From sequence record MZ475893.1: a DNA stretch of 64,000 bases; one strand, written 5' to 3'. Positions 8,375 through 17,916 of this stretch are shown piece after piece (within the stretch, counting starts at the first letter, position 1; every line of letters begins with the position of its first letter). The notes under the pieces were generated by a model. That model was not told the origin of the DNA. It was given only the letters and a program-made list of their open reading frames with translations, and did not search any database. The translations under genes and the position numbers were made by a program.

Positions 8375-10213
8375 ATGATTGAAGTAAACTGTTTCGCAGA
8401 TTTACGCACTACCGCTCCAGCAAAGGCTGGCGACATGGCGTTACTGAAACGTTACTATGACAAAGACAGTTCGTTTCGTGGGGGCGGCTACTTCATCGGC
8501 TTTCCGCAGACAAAAGATCTGCCCGCAGATGATGGTGGCATCACGGCAGTAGATGCAAACAAAAGTTTCTTCTGGAAGCGTGTTGTGAATGACCCAGAAG
8601 AGATTAACCTGTTCCACTTTGGTGGTCGCTGCGACGGTAAGACAGATGACAGTGACGCGTTCCTGCGTAACTTCATGTGGACGTGCAAGTCTTCTGATGG
8701 CAACGACACTATCGGTGTGCGCTTCCCAACAGGCACAACGTTGATCAACCCTATCGATCTTACTCACTTGGGTGAGATACCTGTGTTCGCTATCTATGGT
8801 GACACACGTTCTGATAAGGGCTGGCGTCCTCGTGTCAAGCTGATCAGTAACCAAGGCGAAGCTACTGTATTCAAGTTCAATGCACGCCGCACTATTGTTC
8901 GTGGCCTGAACTGGAACGGTCAGTGCTATCCTGTGAAGGACGGCAAGAAGGTAGACGTGTCCACGATCGTGGGTGCTGTCATGCCTGAGCAGCGTTCGAA
9001 CAATCAGATCTTCCTTGAGAACATCTGTACGATGGGTCAGTACATTGGCATACAGTGCTTCCGTGCTGAGAGCAACGGCGGATCTGCATTGAAGTTCCAA
9101 GACACCATCGATACTTCTATCACAGAGATCTACGGCAGCAAGAGCTATGGTGCTGTGATTGAAGCCAAGTGGTCGAACACAGTGCAGGCCGGTTGGAACC
9201 ACTCGACTGCTGTGCGCTTAGAGAACGGTAACTTCCAGTACGGCTACGGCCCTGCTGTGTTAGACATGCCGCGTATGACTCAGGCGTTCATGAAGAACGT
9301 CTGGATTGAGCACACGCGATTCCCAGGTAATATGAACGATGGTCAATGGGTGCTTGAAGGTAACTCGATTGAGAGTTCTGACAACCCACTCAATCTGGCT
9401 AACACTCGTTGTGTGATCAACGGCTACTACTTCCAAGGCGTTGGTACAATGAACTTGGAACGTGCGTCAAGCCCTGACAACTGGCTGAGTGGCTACGAGC
9501 GCGGCAACATTCGTACTGAGACGTACGGTATCATCATGACCGATTCCTGCTTCCGCGCAGGATACTACACGGGCTATAAGATTACCAACAATACAGATCA
9601 GGACAAATGGTTCTATCTGGGCAGCTACTCATTCCCGAAAGTGAATCAAGTGTGGCGGATTGAACTGCTGGGTACTGCACCAAACGTTGTGCCTAACACG
9701 AAGCTGCAACAGCCTACGCAGATGGACGGCATGGGTCGTCGTGTTATCACAATGCAACGCTGCATCTCACCGCAGAAGAAAGTGTATGCCGATATGCACA
9801 TGGAAGGAACGGACGCAATCGCCGATGTTGTGTACCAGCGCCTGTGGGAAGACTACGGCAAGGTGTGGGTTAAGCTGAAAGCCAACAGTGGCGATACTAT
9901 CTTCAACCTGACCACCACTGGTCCAACTCGTTTCGAAGCAGGTGTTTGTACATTGTTCAGCGACGGTCCAATTGAATGCGTGGATCCCGTTCTGACCGAG
10001 ATGACAACCAGTGTCGAAAAGAATCAGAAGGACTATGCGCGACCTCAGGCTCGTTTCAGTTTGCACAATGGCCTTGCAGGTGTAGGCGCAAACGAGCAGG
10101 GTCTCATCACTATTCAAACCAAAGACGCTACAGCACCGAAAGATACCACTAAGCCTGCTGGCTATGTGAGTGTCAATATCAACGGTGTTGATCGTCTCTT
10201 GCCTTACTACTAA
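8375..10213 (+). CDS. amsF: AmsF/WceF-like tailspike-fold exopolysaccharide-modifying enzyme
   Basis: EVNCFADLRT..GGGYFIG, FGGRCDGKTDDSDAF beta-helix entry motif, C-terminus GYVSVNINGVDRLLPYY; family call from recalled AmsF/WceF features. Confidence 0.65.
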   Translation: MIEVNCFADLRTTAPAKAGDMALLKRYYDKDSSFRGGGYFIGFPQTKDLPADDGGITAVDANKSFFWKRVVNDPEEINLFHFGGRCDGKTDDSDAFLRNFMWTCKSSDGNDTIGVRFPTGTTLINPIDLTHLGEIPVFAIYGDTRSDKGWRPRVKLISNQGEATVFKFNARRTIVRGLNWNGQCYPVKDGKKVDVSTIVGAVMPEQRSNNQIFLENICTMGQYIGIQCFRAESNGGSALKFQDTIDTSITEIYGSKSYGAVIEAKWSNTVQAGWNHSTAVRLENGNFQYGYGPAVLDMPRMTQAFMKNVWIEHTRFPGNMNDGQWVLEGNSIESSDNPLNLANTRCVINGYYFQGVGTMNLERASSPDNWLSGYERGNIRTETYGIIMTDSCFRAGYYTGYKITNNTDQDKWFYLGSYSFPKVNQVWRIELLGTAPNVVPNTKLQQPTQMDGMGRRVITMQRCISPQKKVYADMHMEGTDAIADVVYQRLWEDYGKVWVKLKANSGDTIFNLTTTGPTRFEAGVCTLFSDGPIECVDPVLTEMTTSVEKNQKDYARPQARFSLHNGLAGVGANEQGLITIQTKDATAPKDTTKPAGYVSVNINGVDRLLPYY

Positions 10214-10218
10214 CAGAC

Positions 10219-10237
10219 GAGGGGCGCAATGCCCCTC
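10219..10237 (+). terminator. hairpin without U-tract
   Basis: GAGGGGC-GCAAT-GCCCCTC just after stop. Confidence 0.45.
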
Positions 10238-10298
10238 AACTAAGTCAAATCTCTGTACTCTCCCTAACTCAAATAAGATACGCCGCACAGCGTACTAA

Positions 10299-10352
10299 GC
10301 ACTAATAAGGTCAAAATGACCATTCTCTGCTATATGCTGCCTATGCTATAAT
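10299..10352 (+). promoter_or_regulatory. box promoter P1
   Basis: GCACTAATAAGGTCAAAAT-29 nt-TATAAT with TG extension. Confidence 0.75.
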
Positions 10353-10398
10353 AGTTGCGAGCGCATTGCTCAATACAATCATGCTGAGGAGCATAACA

Positions 10399-10740
10399 AT
10401 GAACGCATCTACTTTCGATTTCTCTATCATCTGCACCGAGAGCTTCAACATTAACGAGCTGAACAAAATCGCCGTTGAGCTGAACAAGCTGATCACCAAC
10501 TCGCAGATCAAAATTGAAGCCGTAGAGATTGATGATGAAGGCGCCGAGTGTATTCTTCTGGCTGTCGGTCTTGATGAAGACGGCGAAGAGACTGGCGAGA
10601 ACGGCTACTCCCTGCATCTGGACAACGGCGACTATCAGATCGTGTATCTCGGCGTGCCACATCCTGACTTCGATAAGCACGAACTTGCGACCAGCGACTT
10701 TGAGTTGTTCATCAAATCAGTGAACGGCCTTGAGTTCTAA
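10399..10740 (+). CDS. acidic hypothetical protein
   Basis: SD in hairpin ATGCT-GAGG-AGCAT; ATG 10399. Confidence 0.8.
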   Translation: MNASTFDFSIICTESFNINELNKIAVELNKLITNSQIKIEAVEIDDEGAECILLAVGLDEDGEETGENGYSLHLDNGDYQIVYLGVPHPDFDKHELATSDFELFIKSVNGLEF

Positions 10741-10793
10741 GCATTAATCTGGCAGAAATCGCCGTTGTGTTTAGACGCTCAACGGCATACTAT
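10741..10793 (+). promoter_or_regulatory. box promoter P2
   Basis: GCATTAATCTGGCAGAAAT-28 nt-TACTAT; TTGTGT 17 nt upstream of -10. Confidence 0.7.
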
Positions 10794-10842
10794 TATGTCT
10801 CTAGCGCAATGACGCGCTACAACAACGAAAGAGAGAAACAAC

Positions 10843-11097
10843 ATGAGCGAAGACGTTAAAGTAACAATCGACTTAGTAGCTGACTTTGTATCACGCACCG
10901 AAGTTGTGTTTGAAGACGGTCAATCATCTAATGACTGGCTCGCGCCGTATGATCTGCGCCTGAACGTAACTGAGCCTCAAGGGCCGAACGGCTACCCCGA
11001 AGTTGAAATCGTCGGCCAGCGCGATAACGTCTTGCGCTTCTTTGATGAGCAGATGCCTGACAGCGACATTACAGAAGACTCGCTTGAATCTGCATAA
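10843..11097 (+). CDS. hypothetical protein (84 aa)
   Basis: First ORF after P2. Confidence 0.8.
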   Translation: MSEDVKVTIDLVADFVSRTEVVFEDGQSSNDWLAPYDLRLNVTEPQGPNGYPEVEIVGQRDNVLRFFDEQMPDSDITEDSLESA

Positions 11098-11112
11098 GCA
11101 ACAAACAACACT

Positions 11113-11140
11113 GTGGCGTTACGGCGCCACTTTTCTATTT
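11113..11140 (+). terminator. intrinsic terminator
   Basis: GTGGCGT-TACG-GCGCCAC-TTTTCTATTT. Confidence 0.75.
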
Positions 11141-11156
11141 CTGATCTGAGGTCAAT

Positions 11157-11696
11157 ATGAAACAAAAATTCTTATTCTTGCGCATGAGCCGACACGAGCT
11201 GAATCAGCATTTGTTTTTACTTCGTGGCATGAGCCGTGAGCGTCTTGAATCATTTACTGGCATTATCGCCGTTGTCAAAGACGATACGACGATGGCGAAC
11301 ATCGATGATACTGACCTGTATTATTTCAGCGAAGTAACAGCCGAAGAGACAACATCAGAGACGCAACAAACCTGGTGGAACCTGATTCATTACTACGACA
11401 ATCAGATTGCTATCGGCTCACTCCCACGCATAGAGCCGCTGCTGCCTGACGATTTAGTTGAGCGCATCAAAACAACTCGCAGCAATCGCTTCTACTACGA
11501 GTTCGATACGCAAATGCCAGAAGTGTTGGCCACTGTTGATCTTGACCTACACTTCTTGCCGTCTGCCGCTCAGCCTCGTGTGAAGAAGCCTAAAGAAGAA
11601 CAGCCAGAAGTTAATCCCCTGGCCGCATACACAGTCGAACAACTGTGTGCCGAACTGCGTACTCGCCTGAGTGCAAAAATCACTATCGAATTTTAA
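11157..11696 (+). CDS. hypothetical protein
   Basis: GAGG RBS; 179 aa. Confidence 0.75.
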   Translation: MKQKFLFLRMSRHELNQHLFLLRGMSRERLESFTGIIAVVKDDTTMANIDDTDLYYFSEVTAEETTSETQQTWWNLIHYYDNQIAIGSLPRIEPLLPDDLVERIKTTRSNRFYYEFDTQMPEVLATVDLDLHFLPSAAQPRVKKPKEEQPEVNPLAAYTVEQLCAELRTRLSAKITIEF

Positions 11697-11713
11697 TCAA
11701 CTAGCACAGGGAC

Positions 11714-12343
11714 GTGCCTCTAACTGAGATCAAAACTATGTTCACCAAAGCATTCTTCTTCAAAACTAACTACTCTGTATTGGCCGAAGGTGAGTTCGCG
11801 CTGCCTGTTGACTCACTGACCTCTCTCGTCAACTCGCGTATTTTCATCTGCATCACAGAAGACAACCTGCGCTTCGCACTGACCAACATCACTGTGCAGC
11901 CGATTCGCAATGGCTTCTTGCGCGTTGGCTTCGAGCCGAAGACTGACGTGAATGCAATCACTACTCCAATCATCACGCCTAAAACGATGTGGAGCGAATA
12001 TGATTTTGATGCGTGCAGTGTTGAAAACATCCCGTCATTTAATATCAGTACGCATGAAGACAAGAACAACGAACAACTGATTGCACTGTCATATGACCTT
12101 CGTATGGCTCTCATGCATTATCGTGAAGGCATGTACTGCGTGACCGACATCGTTTTGCGCCTGCATGAGCATGGCATCTTTGTCGTAGATATTGATCAGA
12201 ATCTCAAGGTTGCTCTCTCGCCTATCGCCGTGCTTAGCGAACGACCTACACATGCGGTCAGTCTGAGTAAAGACAACGGTGTGCTGTCTCGCATTGATGA
12301 CTTCGAACTGCCTGATCTCGCCAAACTGATCGTCCTACTGTAA
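11714..12343 (+). CDS. hypothetical protein
   Basis: GTG start (alternative ATG 11738). Confidence 0.75.
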   Translation: MPLTEIKTMFTKAFFFKTNYSVLAEGEFALPVDSLTSLVNSRIFICITEDNLRFALTNITVQPIRNGFLRVGFEPKTDVNAITTPIITPKTMWSEYDFDACSVENIPSFNISTHEDKNNEQLIALSYDLRMALMHYREGMYCVTDIVLRLHEHGIFVVDIDQNLKVALSPIAVLSERPTHAVSLSKDNGVLSRIDDFELPDLAKLIVLL

Positions 12344-12355
12344 ACAAACAACTCT

Positions 12356-12380
12356 AGCCTCGCATCGTGCGGGGCTTTCT
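12356..12380 (+). terminator. terminator-like hairpin
   Basis: AGCCTCGCA-TCG-TGCGGGGCT-TTCT. Confidence 0.6.
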
Positions 12381-12395
12381 GCTTTGGAGAATACC

Positions 12396-12656
12396 ATGTA
12401 TCAATATGACCGCGATGAATTGAATGATCTGCCGCTTGACGTGCTGCATAGCGAAGCTGAAAAGCGTGGCTTGCTCGCTGACCTGGACGACGATGATGAT
12501 TGTCCTGACCGTGCAGTGCTGGTGGGCATGATCATTGATGATCAGAACGAGCGCAATGCCGAAGACGAAGAGGAAGAGCAGCGCCGTCAGATGCAAGATG
12601 ACGCTGACGATCACCGTCGCATGTTAGACGAACGCGACGGCTCAGACGACTGCTAA
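12396..12656 (+). CDS. small acidic protein with HeH/Rho-N-like motif
   Basis: GGAG RBS; LNDLPLDVLHSEAEKRGL...DRAVLVGMI. Confidence 0.75.
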   Translation: MYQYDRDELNDLPLDVLHSEAEKRGLLADLDDDDDCPDRAVLVGMIIDDQNERNAEDEEEEQRRQMQDDADDHRRMLDERDGSDDC

Positions 12657-12657
12657 C

Positions 12658-12996
12658 ATGCTATACTCTGGGCAGCAATACGATACACTCAGTCCTGACC
12701 AGTTGAATGAGTGTTTCAATCTGATTGAAAGTTGCATGGTGGCCTCTGGCTGCCGTGGCTTTCAGATAGTGTTATCACCATCTGGTCATGGCGATTGTCG
12801 TAGCGTCGTCCACATTCAGCACCCACAGTATGCAGGTCACATTGAGTTCCCCTCAGTTGACCGTGATACTTTTCGTGTAACACTCGTCGCAACACGCGGT
12901 TGCTATGACAGCCGCACAGTGTTCGTACCAAATTCAGATACAGCCTATTCAGTGATAGGTCTGTATCTCTCAAACTTTATAGGGGCTACAAAATGA
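12658..12996 (+). CDS. hypothetical protein
   Basis: Tightly packed ORF. Confidence 0.7.
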   Translation: MLYSGQQYDTLSPDQLNECFNLIESCMVASGCRGFQIVLSPSGHGDCRSVVHIQHPQYAGHIEFPSVDRDTFRVTLVATRGCYDSRTVFVPNSDTAYSVIGLYLSNFIGATK

Positions 12997-13337
12997 AACG
13001 CCGCGTTATTCGTATCGATCAGTCAGAGTTCAACGGTGAAGCGCTTGTCTTCCCACCATCATTCAACATCACCGGCATTGACGTTGTGGTGCTTGTGACC
13101 GTGAAGCACGAAGATTTCGGTGGCTTGAAGTTTCAAGATACCTATCGTGTGAACGAACTACGTGTAAGCGAACATACAAATCCCCTGCGTCAGGAGATTG
13201 AGATCGTAGAGTACAGCAAACTGCCGAACGATGAAGCAATCTTCACACGACTACTCGACGTTGATTATTTCGACGACGACATTGCAGAGCGTGACCTGCG
13301 TCTGTACGATGCACCGACCACAATCGTCACTGCGTAA
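12993..13337 (+). CDS. hypothetical protein
   Basis: ATG overlaps upstream stop (ATGA). Confidence 0.75.
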   Translation: MKRRVIRIDQSEFNGEALVFPPSFNITGIDVVVLVTVKHEDFGGLKFQDTYRVNELRVSEHTNPLRQEIEIVEYSKLPNDEAIFTRLLDVDYFDDDIAERDLRLYDAPTTIVTA

Positions 13338-13345
13338 TAATCTTT

Positions 13346-13377
13346 AGGGCTGCCATCTTGGTGGCCCTTTTTGTTTT
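13346..13377 (+). terminator. intrinsic terminator
   Basis: AGGGCTGCCA-TCT-TGGTGGCCCT-TTTTGTTTT. Confidence 0.8.
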
Positions 13378-13420
13378 CTGTAAACTACACGCACAATCCC
13401 AACAATGCGAGAACGCACAG

Positions 13421-13795
13421 ATGCCAAAGCGCCGCTTTTATTTGATGTTCTTTATCAGTCAGGCAGAACTCGACGCCAAGACTTTCTATCAACACAACAT
13501 GCGCATCCTGACAACGATACGCCGCACACGCTGCATCTTCCTTGTGGTAAGAGAGACTGGTGAAGTCTATGTGCCAGGCAGCGCCGTGTATCAGTCTGCA
13601 ATCGAAGAAGATCTAACGCAGATGGTCTTTGACGATCTGCACAAGGCCACCGAGTCTGTGAATGCGGTTGAGTCCTTTGCTCAAGCCATCGCAGTAAACA
13701 AAAACGATAAGACAGTTCGCTACTGCGGCCGCAATCCAGAGGTGAGTGTCGTCTTCTTTGATCGCATGTTCACGAAAGTGGAGGTTCATATATGA
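13421..13795 (+). CDS. hypothetical protein (start uncertain)
   Basis: ORF coupled to next gene. Confidence 0.65.
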   Translation: MPKRRFYLMFFISQAELDAKTFYQHNMRILTTIRRTRCIFLVVRETGEVYVPGSAVYQSAIEEDLTQMVFDDLHKATESVNAVESFAQAIAVNKNDKTVRYCGRNPEVSVVFFDRMFTKVEVHI

Positions 13796-14067
13796 GTTAC
13801 GATCCGCCTAAGCCAACTACGTCTCTTGGCGCTTCTCTTGCTTCGCGTTGTGCTCACTCCACCAGAGAGAAAGCGAATAAGACGCGCAAGAAATACCCCG
13901 CGACAAAGACTGTGGTTGCTACACTGACCGCACCTATGCACGCTGCTGTGCAACGTCTCGCTAACAGTCGTGGCCTGTCTATTCAGAAGTGTCTGGTGCG
14001 TATGCTTGAAGCCGAGTTGGCGAAAGAGGGTATCACTTACGCTAAAGAACAGGACGAAGACGAATGA
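13792..14067 (+). CDS. putative ribbon-helix-helix DNA-binding protein
   Basis: TVVATLTAPMHAAVQRLANSRGLSIQKCLVRML fits strand-helix-G-S-helix pattern. Confidence 0.6.
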   Translation: MSYDPPKPTTSLGASLASRCAHSTREKANKTRKKYPATKTVVATLTAPMHAAVQRLANSRGLSIQKCLVRMLEAELAKEGITYAKEQDEDE

Positions 14068-14699
14068 AACGTTTAGGTACAGTCATGGCGTTAGGTCTAA
14101 AAGACAAAGCGCCAAAGAACACTGACCTCGACATTATGCCCGTTTCGAAAGATGCAGAATGGGGCTCTTTGAGTCCCTTTCACTTGGGGCCGTGTCGAAG
14201 CGCAGATGGTATTATGTTCCACAACTTCGAAAACCTCTGGCAGTATAGCAAGGTCTACGAAGAACATTTGGAGAACACAAACCTCATCCTCGCTGGAGAG
14301 ATAAACTCTGATTGGTATCAGTGGCATCTTAAAGGTGCAAGATCAAAACAGGCGCATCGCTATCCTATGGGAAAAGGCCAGAAGGCTTTATTCTCCAAAT
14401 GGGGCGACTTGCGCCTTTCGTACATTCCCGCACGTAAACAGATCTATGTTCCAGGCTATGCCGAGCTACTTCTGCCTCAAAAGAAATTCAAACAACTCCT
14501 CAAGCAATACAAGGCCGGTGCCAACATAATCGTCAGGGACTACGACACCTACGATCTGCTGAAAGCATATCCCAATTCTAATCGCATGTGGCTTGATGCT
14601 CTCAACAACCCAAACGCCAAGTTCGGTCACAGTTTCGTGATCGCCCTTGCTCTCATACTGCACGACAGACCTCTATGGTACAATCAATGGGTGATATAA
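14064..14699 (+). CDS. DUF6939-like / possible NADAR-related protein
   Basis: LSPFHLGP..NFENLWQYSKVY, ARKQIYVP, FGHSFVIA motifs; family recalled, not searched. Confidence 0.4.
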   Translation: MKRLGTVMALGLKDKAPKNTDLDIMPVSKDAEWGSLSPFHLGPCRSADGIMFHNFENLWQYSKVYEEHLENTNLILAGEINSDWYQWHLKGARSKQAHRYPMGKGQKALFSKWGDLRLSYIPARKQIYVPGYAELLLPQKKFKQLLKQYKAGANIIVRDYDTYDLLKAYPNSNRMWLDALNNPNAKFGHSFVIALALILHDRPLWYNQWVI

Positions 14700-14998
14700 T
14701 CTACGAATGGGTCCACGACCTTGAAGGTAACGAAAGTCAGAATCTGCCTATCTTGCCTCCAGACATTTATGCGTATGTGCGCGATGCCGTCACTGGCGCA
14801 CGTACTCCAATCAACTTTGAAGGCCGCACCGAGTTACAGCGTCAAGACAAGAAAGTCATAGGCGTTGTCTATTGGTCTAATCGAGCTAATCTGATTTCAT
14901 GGACGGGCGTCGAGCGCTTTCGTTTTACGCTGTATGTAGTACGCGCCTCACGTAAGTCAAATGAGCAACAGGAGGAAGCTCAAGTCTGCACTAATTAG
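14687..14998 (+). CDS. hypothetical protein
   Basis: Overlaps upstream stop. Confidence 0.65.
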   Translation: MGDIIYEWVHDLEGNESQNLPILPPDIYAYVRDAVTGARTPINFEGRTELQRQDKKVIGVVYWSNRANLISWTGVERFRFTLYVVRASRKSNEQQEEAQVCTN

Positions 14999-15040
14999 GC
15001 TGAAATAGCTATCGCGCATAATACGCTCCTGTGCTATACT
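14988..15040 (+). promoter_or_regulatory. box promoter P3
   Basis: GCACTAATTAGGCTGAAAT-28 nt-TATACT with TG extension. Confidence 0.7.
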
Positions 15041-15085
15041 CATAGACGAAGCAACACATAATCTATTCACGCTAAGGAGCGTATT

Positions 15086-15517
15086 ATGACTATCAACAAG
15101 TTTGACTTTCAAACACTGACTACCCCAGAACAATGGTCTTCCGCTGCTTGGGGTTTCTATCGTGACTTCGCAGATCGTTTGCGTGATACTATCGGCCGCG
15201 ATGATCTTTACTTCGACATTGAAGTTGATGGTGGCAGCGATAGCGACCAAGTTGCCGAAGAGATGGTCGATGATGGTGTGATTCATTTACTCATCTCGTA
15301 CAAAAACGAAGATGAAGATTTCATTAACGCCAAAGGCGTCTGGCTGTTCCAAGTCACTTACCCAACAGAAAGTGATATTGACGGTGAGTGGTCTAACCGC
15401 TTCGTGGTAGATGTGCAGACCGTTGATATGGAAATCTTAGAGCTGGTGGACTTTGATAACGGCCACCCACGTTTGCTTGAAGATATTGCAGCGCGTGTTA
15501 ATCACTGGTTAGTGTAA
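15086..15517 (+). CDS. acidic hypothetical protein
   Basis: SD hairpin ACGCT-AAGG-AGCGT. Confidence 0.8.
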   Translation: MTINKFDFQTLTTPEQWSSAAWGFYRDFADRLRDTIGRDDLYFDIEVDGGSDSDQVAEEMVDDGVIHLLISYKNEDEDFINAKGVWLFQVTYPTESDIDGEWSNRFVVDVQTVDMEILELVDFDNGHPRLLEDIAARVNHWLV

Positions 15518-15524
15518 TTGCTTG

Positions 15525-15546
15525 CGGGTCTTTTACGAAGGGCCCG
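15525..15546 (+). terminator. TACG-loop hairpin without U-tract
   Basis: CGGGTCTTT-TACG-AAGGGCCCG. Confidence 0.45.
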
Positions 15547-15582
15547 TCGTCAACAACACAAACCTGTTCTGAGGAGAACAAC

Positions 15583-15900
15583 ATGTCATCATCTACTGAA
15601 TTTCATTTCATCTTTCCAGAGTCAACCACTCTTATCGTTACTGTGGGTAACGGCATCGTCCCTGAGTATATGGGCATCCCTGCTAATCAAGAAACCCACC
15701 TGACGGGTGAGACTGCATTCAACTTTATGCAGAACTCTAACATCGTGGGCGTTATGAATCGTTTTGATCAGTCGCTTCTCAATCTGCTTATTGATCGCCA
15801 TGAGCAGAACGAAGAAGAGGAGAGTGCGCTGCGCCAAGCACACATGCAGAAGCACACGAAGAACTTCGGCGTGTATCTGCTGATTAAACATCACCGCTAA
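15583..15900 (+). CDS. hypothetical protein
   Basis: SD hairpin TGTTCT-GAGG-AGAACA. Confidence 0.8.
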   Translation: MSSSTEFHFIFPESTTLIVTVGNGIVPEYMGIPANQETHLTGETAFNFMQNSNIVGVMNRFDQSLLNLLIDRHEQNEEEESALRQAHMQKHTKNFGVYLLIKHHR

Positions 15901-15965
15901 GATTTGTGAAGGGCATTCGTTGCTGAGTGCTCTTTGAAAATCAACCCTGTTCTGAGGAGAACAAT

Positions 15966-16376
15966 ATGAAACATCCACAACCTGGCTCTGTATACACCCT
16001 GCGTGAAATGCTGACTGAACTGAGTCTGCGCGACACGCCGAATCTCGGCTTCACTCCTGTTTCTGTGCGCTATCCAGAAACGAAGGAGATTCGCCAGCAG
16101 ACGATTCAGGATTCGCATCTGACAGAAGAAGAAATGCTCGCTCTTCCGGGCTGGGCAGAAACGAAGTGGCGCTACATTCGTGAAACCCACGAGTGGATCC
16201 CTGTGTTCGTCGCTGTTGACAATGCAGAGATTGAAGCGCTGTGTGTTATCGAACCCTACACGGACCGCTACTTCCGTAATGAGGGTATCATGCACGTTTA
16301 CCCACGCGGCGTTGAGCGCGCACAGCATAAAGCGTATGACCCAGAAACGCACGGCACACTGGTTAAAGTGGCCTAA
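15966..16376 (+). CDS. hypothetical protein
   Basis: Same 19-nt RBS CCTGTTCTGAGGAGAACAA as 15583 gene. Confidence 0.8.
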   Translation: MKHPQPGSVYTLREMLTELSLRDTPNLGFTPVSVRYPETKEIRQQTIQDSHLTEEEMLALPGWAETKWRYIRETHEWIPVFVAVDNAEIEALCVIEPYTDRYFRNEGIMHVYPRGVERAQHKAYDPETHGTLVKVA

Positions 16377-16390
16377 GCACAAACTACCTC

Positions 16391-16415
16391 AAGCGGCTTA
16401 CGGGCCGCTTTTCTT
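16391..16415 (+). terminator. intrinsic terminator
   Basis: AAGCGGCT-TACG-GGCCGCTT-TTCTT. Confidence 0.75.
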
Positions 16416-16433
16416 AAACATCAGGAGTCTATC

Positions 16434-16955
16434 ATGAAAACCACCGACGTAGTTCATATCGCTCATCACCTCATGACCCATCTCGCATCGGCTCGTCTCA
16501 TCAGTGCATTGACTTTCATCGGTCAGGACGCTGTGCGTTTCAAAGTTGGTTCGCAGACGTTTGACGTTCGTGGGCGTCACCCAAGCTTCATCGTCCATCA
16601 AGTTGAGGGTGGCTGCTTGTGTGCAGACGCAGACTCTGCCGAGATCGAAGCGCAGTTGAACGGTGACCCAATATCGAGTATGCGTGATCAACTGCCGCAT
16701 CCTGAGAACGTGCAATCTGCTATCATCGATCACGTCAACTCCATGCCGGACAAAGACGTGCAGAACTTTAGCGAGCATCAGGGTGGCCCAGACATGGACA
16801 CGATGTTTGAGCAGCGTCTGTGGTTGAAGAACTGGTTGATTAGTCGTTCAATCGTACTCGCCGACATGCTCGACATTGTTGCGTTTCTTGAAGGCACTGA
16901 GCGCCGTAACTCACTGGCTATGGCAATTGAACTCAACAAAGGGAAACGCGCATGA
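16434..16955 (+). CDS. hypothetical protein
   Basis: AGGAG RBS. Confidence 0.8.
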   Translation: MKTTDVVHIAHHLMTHLASARLISALTFIGQDAVRFKVGSQTFDVRGRHPSFIVHQVEGGCLCADADSAEIEAQLNGDPISSMRDQLPHPENVQSAIIDHVNSMPDKDVQNFSEHQGGPDMDTMFEQRLWLKNWLISRSIVLADMLDIVAFLEGTERRNSLAMAIELNKGKRA

Positions 16956-17452
16956 ACTTTGTACGCAGACTTAAAGCAATCGACCAGTTGCCGTTAATCA
17001 CTGGTCAGTATTACAATGCGCAAGCTATGGCAGAACAATCAGCATTCGGCTCGTGTGCGTTTCACATAACTGATCGTGTGGAGCTTGACGGCATCTCGAT
17101 GTATATCCGCTTCCGCACTAATCAGCAACGTCTGTGGATGCATCCTGTTTTGATACTCGCATCAATCGACATTGAACATCAGGGCTGCGGTATCTTCACT
17201 GAGCTTCTCGCAGAAGCCCAACGCGTATGTCGTGAGAACAAGTGGGTGCTGCAAATTGAGAACGTGCTTGAGCAACGCTTCCGCCGTTTCTTGTTTGACC
17301 GTTCATTCGAAACTATCGGCGTTGATAAAGATTGTGCGCACGGTAGCATGTTCTGGTTCTTTGATGAGAAGATCAAAGAGAACGCAACGCAGTTCCAAGC
17401 GATGGAAGAAAACATCCGAGAACGCGCCGCTGCACAGAAGGCAACATCATGA
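16952..17452 (+). CDS. GNAT-like acetyltransferase
   Basis: LILASIDIEHQGCGIFTELL (motif A QGxG) and LQIENV..F..FL...F. Confidence 0.6.
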   Translation: MNFVRRLKAIDQLPLITGQYYNAQAMAEQSAFGSCAFHITDRVELDGISMYIRFRTNQQRLWMHPVLILASIDIEHQGCGIFTELLAEAQRVCRENKWVLQIENVLEQRFRRFLFDRSFETIGVDKDCAHGSMFWFFDEKIKENATQFQAMEENIRERAAAQKATS

Positions 17453-17916
17453 ACATTCCATGGTACATGATGTTTGCCATTGGCTGTGTGCCTCTTTTCT
17501 TCTGCTATGTAACTATGCCGTGGTTTCGCGCTGCTGTCAAAAGACGGTTGCTGTTTAAACCTCGTGACTACGATTCGGTGCAGGAGATCTTAGACACAGG
17601 CATCCCGCCTGAGATCTCTATCGAATGCTTGCAGGCTAGCTATCGCAGCAACATGCCTGCCAAGTACGCGCAGCACATCGACTTCTATCCGCACAAGGAA
17701 GGCATCGTGTGTTGTCGCATGAAGTACGACGAGCAATTCCCAATCGCTCGTATATTTAATGGTGTACTAGTCGCAAACATCGGACTGCTTGCTCTTCCTA
17801 GCAAAAAGATGCCGCGCATCACCATTAACTATTCCACTTATCAAGTCACGGACTTTGATAGTGATAATGAGTACCTGCACATTTATCTTCAACATAAGGA
17901 AGGCAAGCATGAATAA
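17449..17916 (+). CDS. hypothetical protein with N-terminal TM segment
   Basis: Hydrophobic residues 4-26; coupled ATGA. Confidence 0.7.
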   Translation: MNIPWYMMFAIGCVPLFFCYVTMPWFRAAVKRRLLFKPRDYDSVQEILDTGIPPEISIECLQASYRSNMPAKYAQHIDFYPHKEGIVCCRMKYDEQFPIARIFNGVLVANIGLLALPSKKMPRITINYSTYQVTDFDSDNEYLHIYLQHKEGKHE

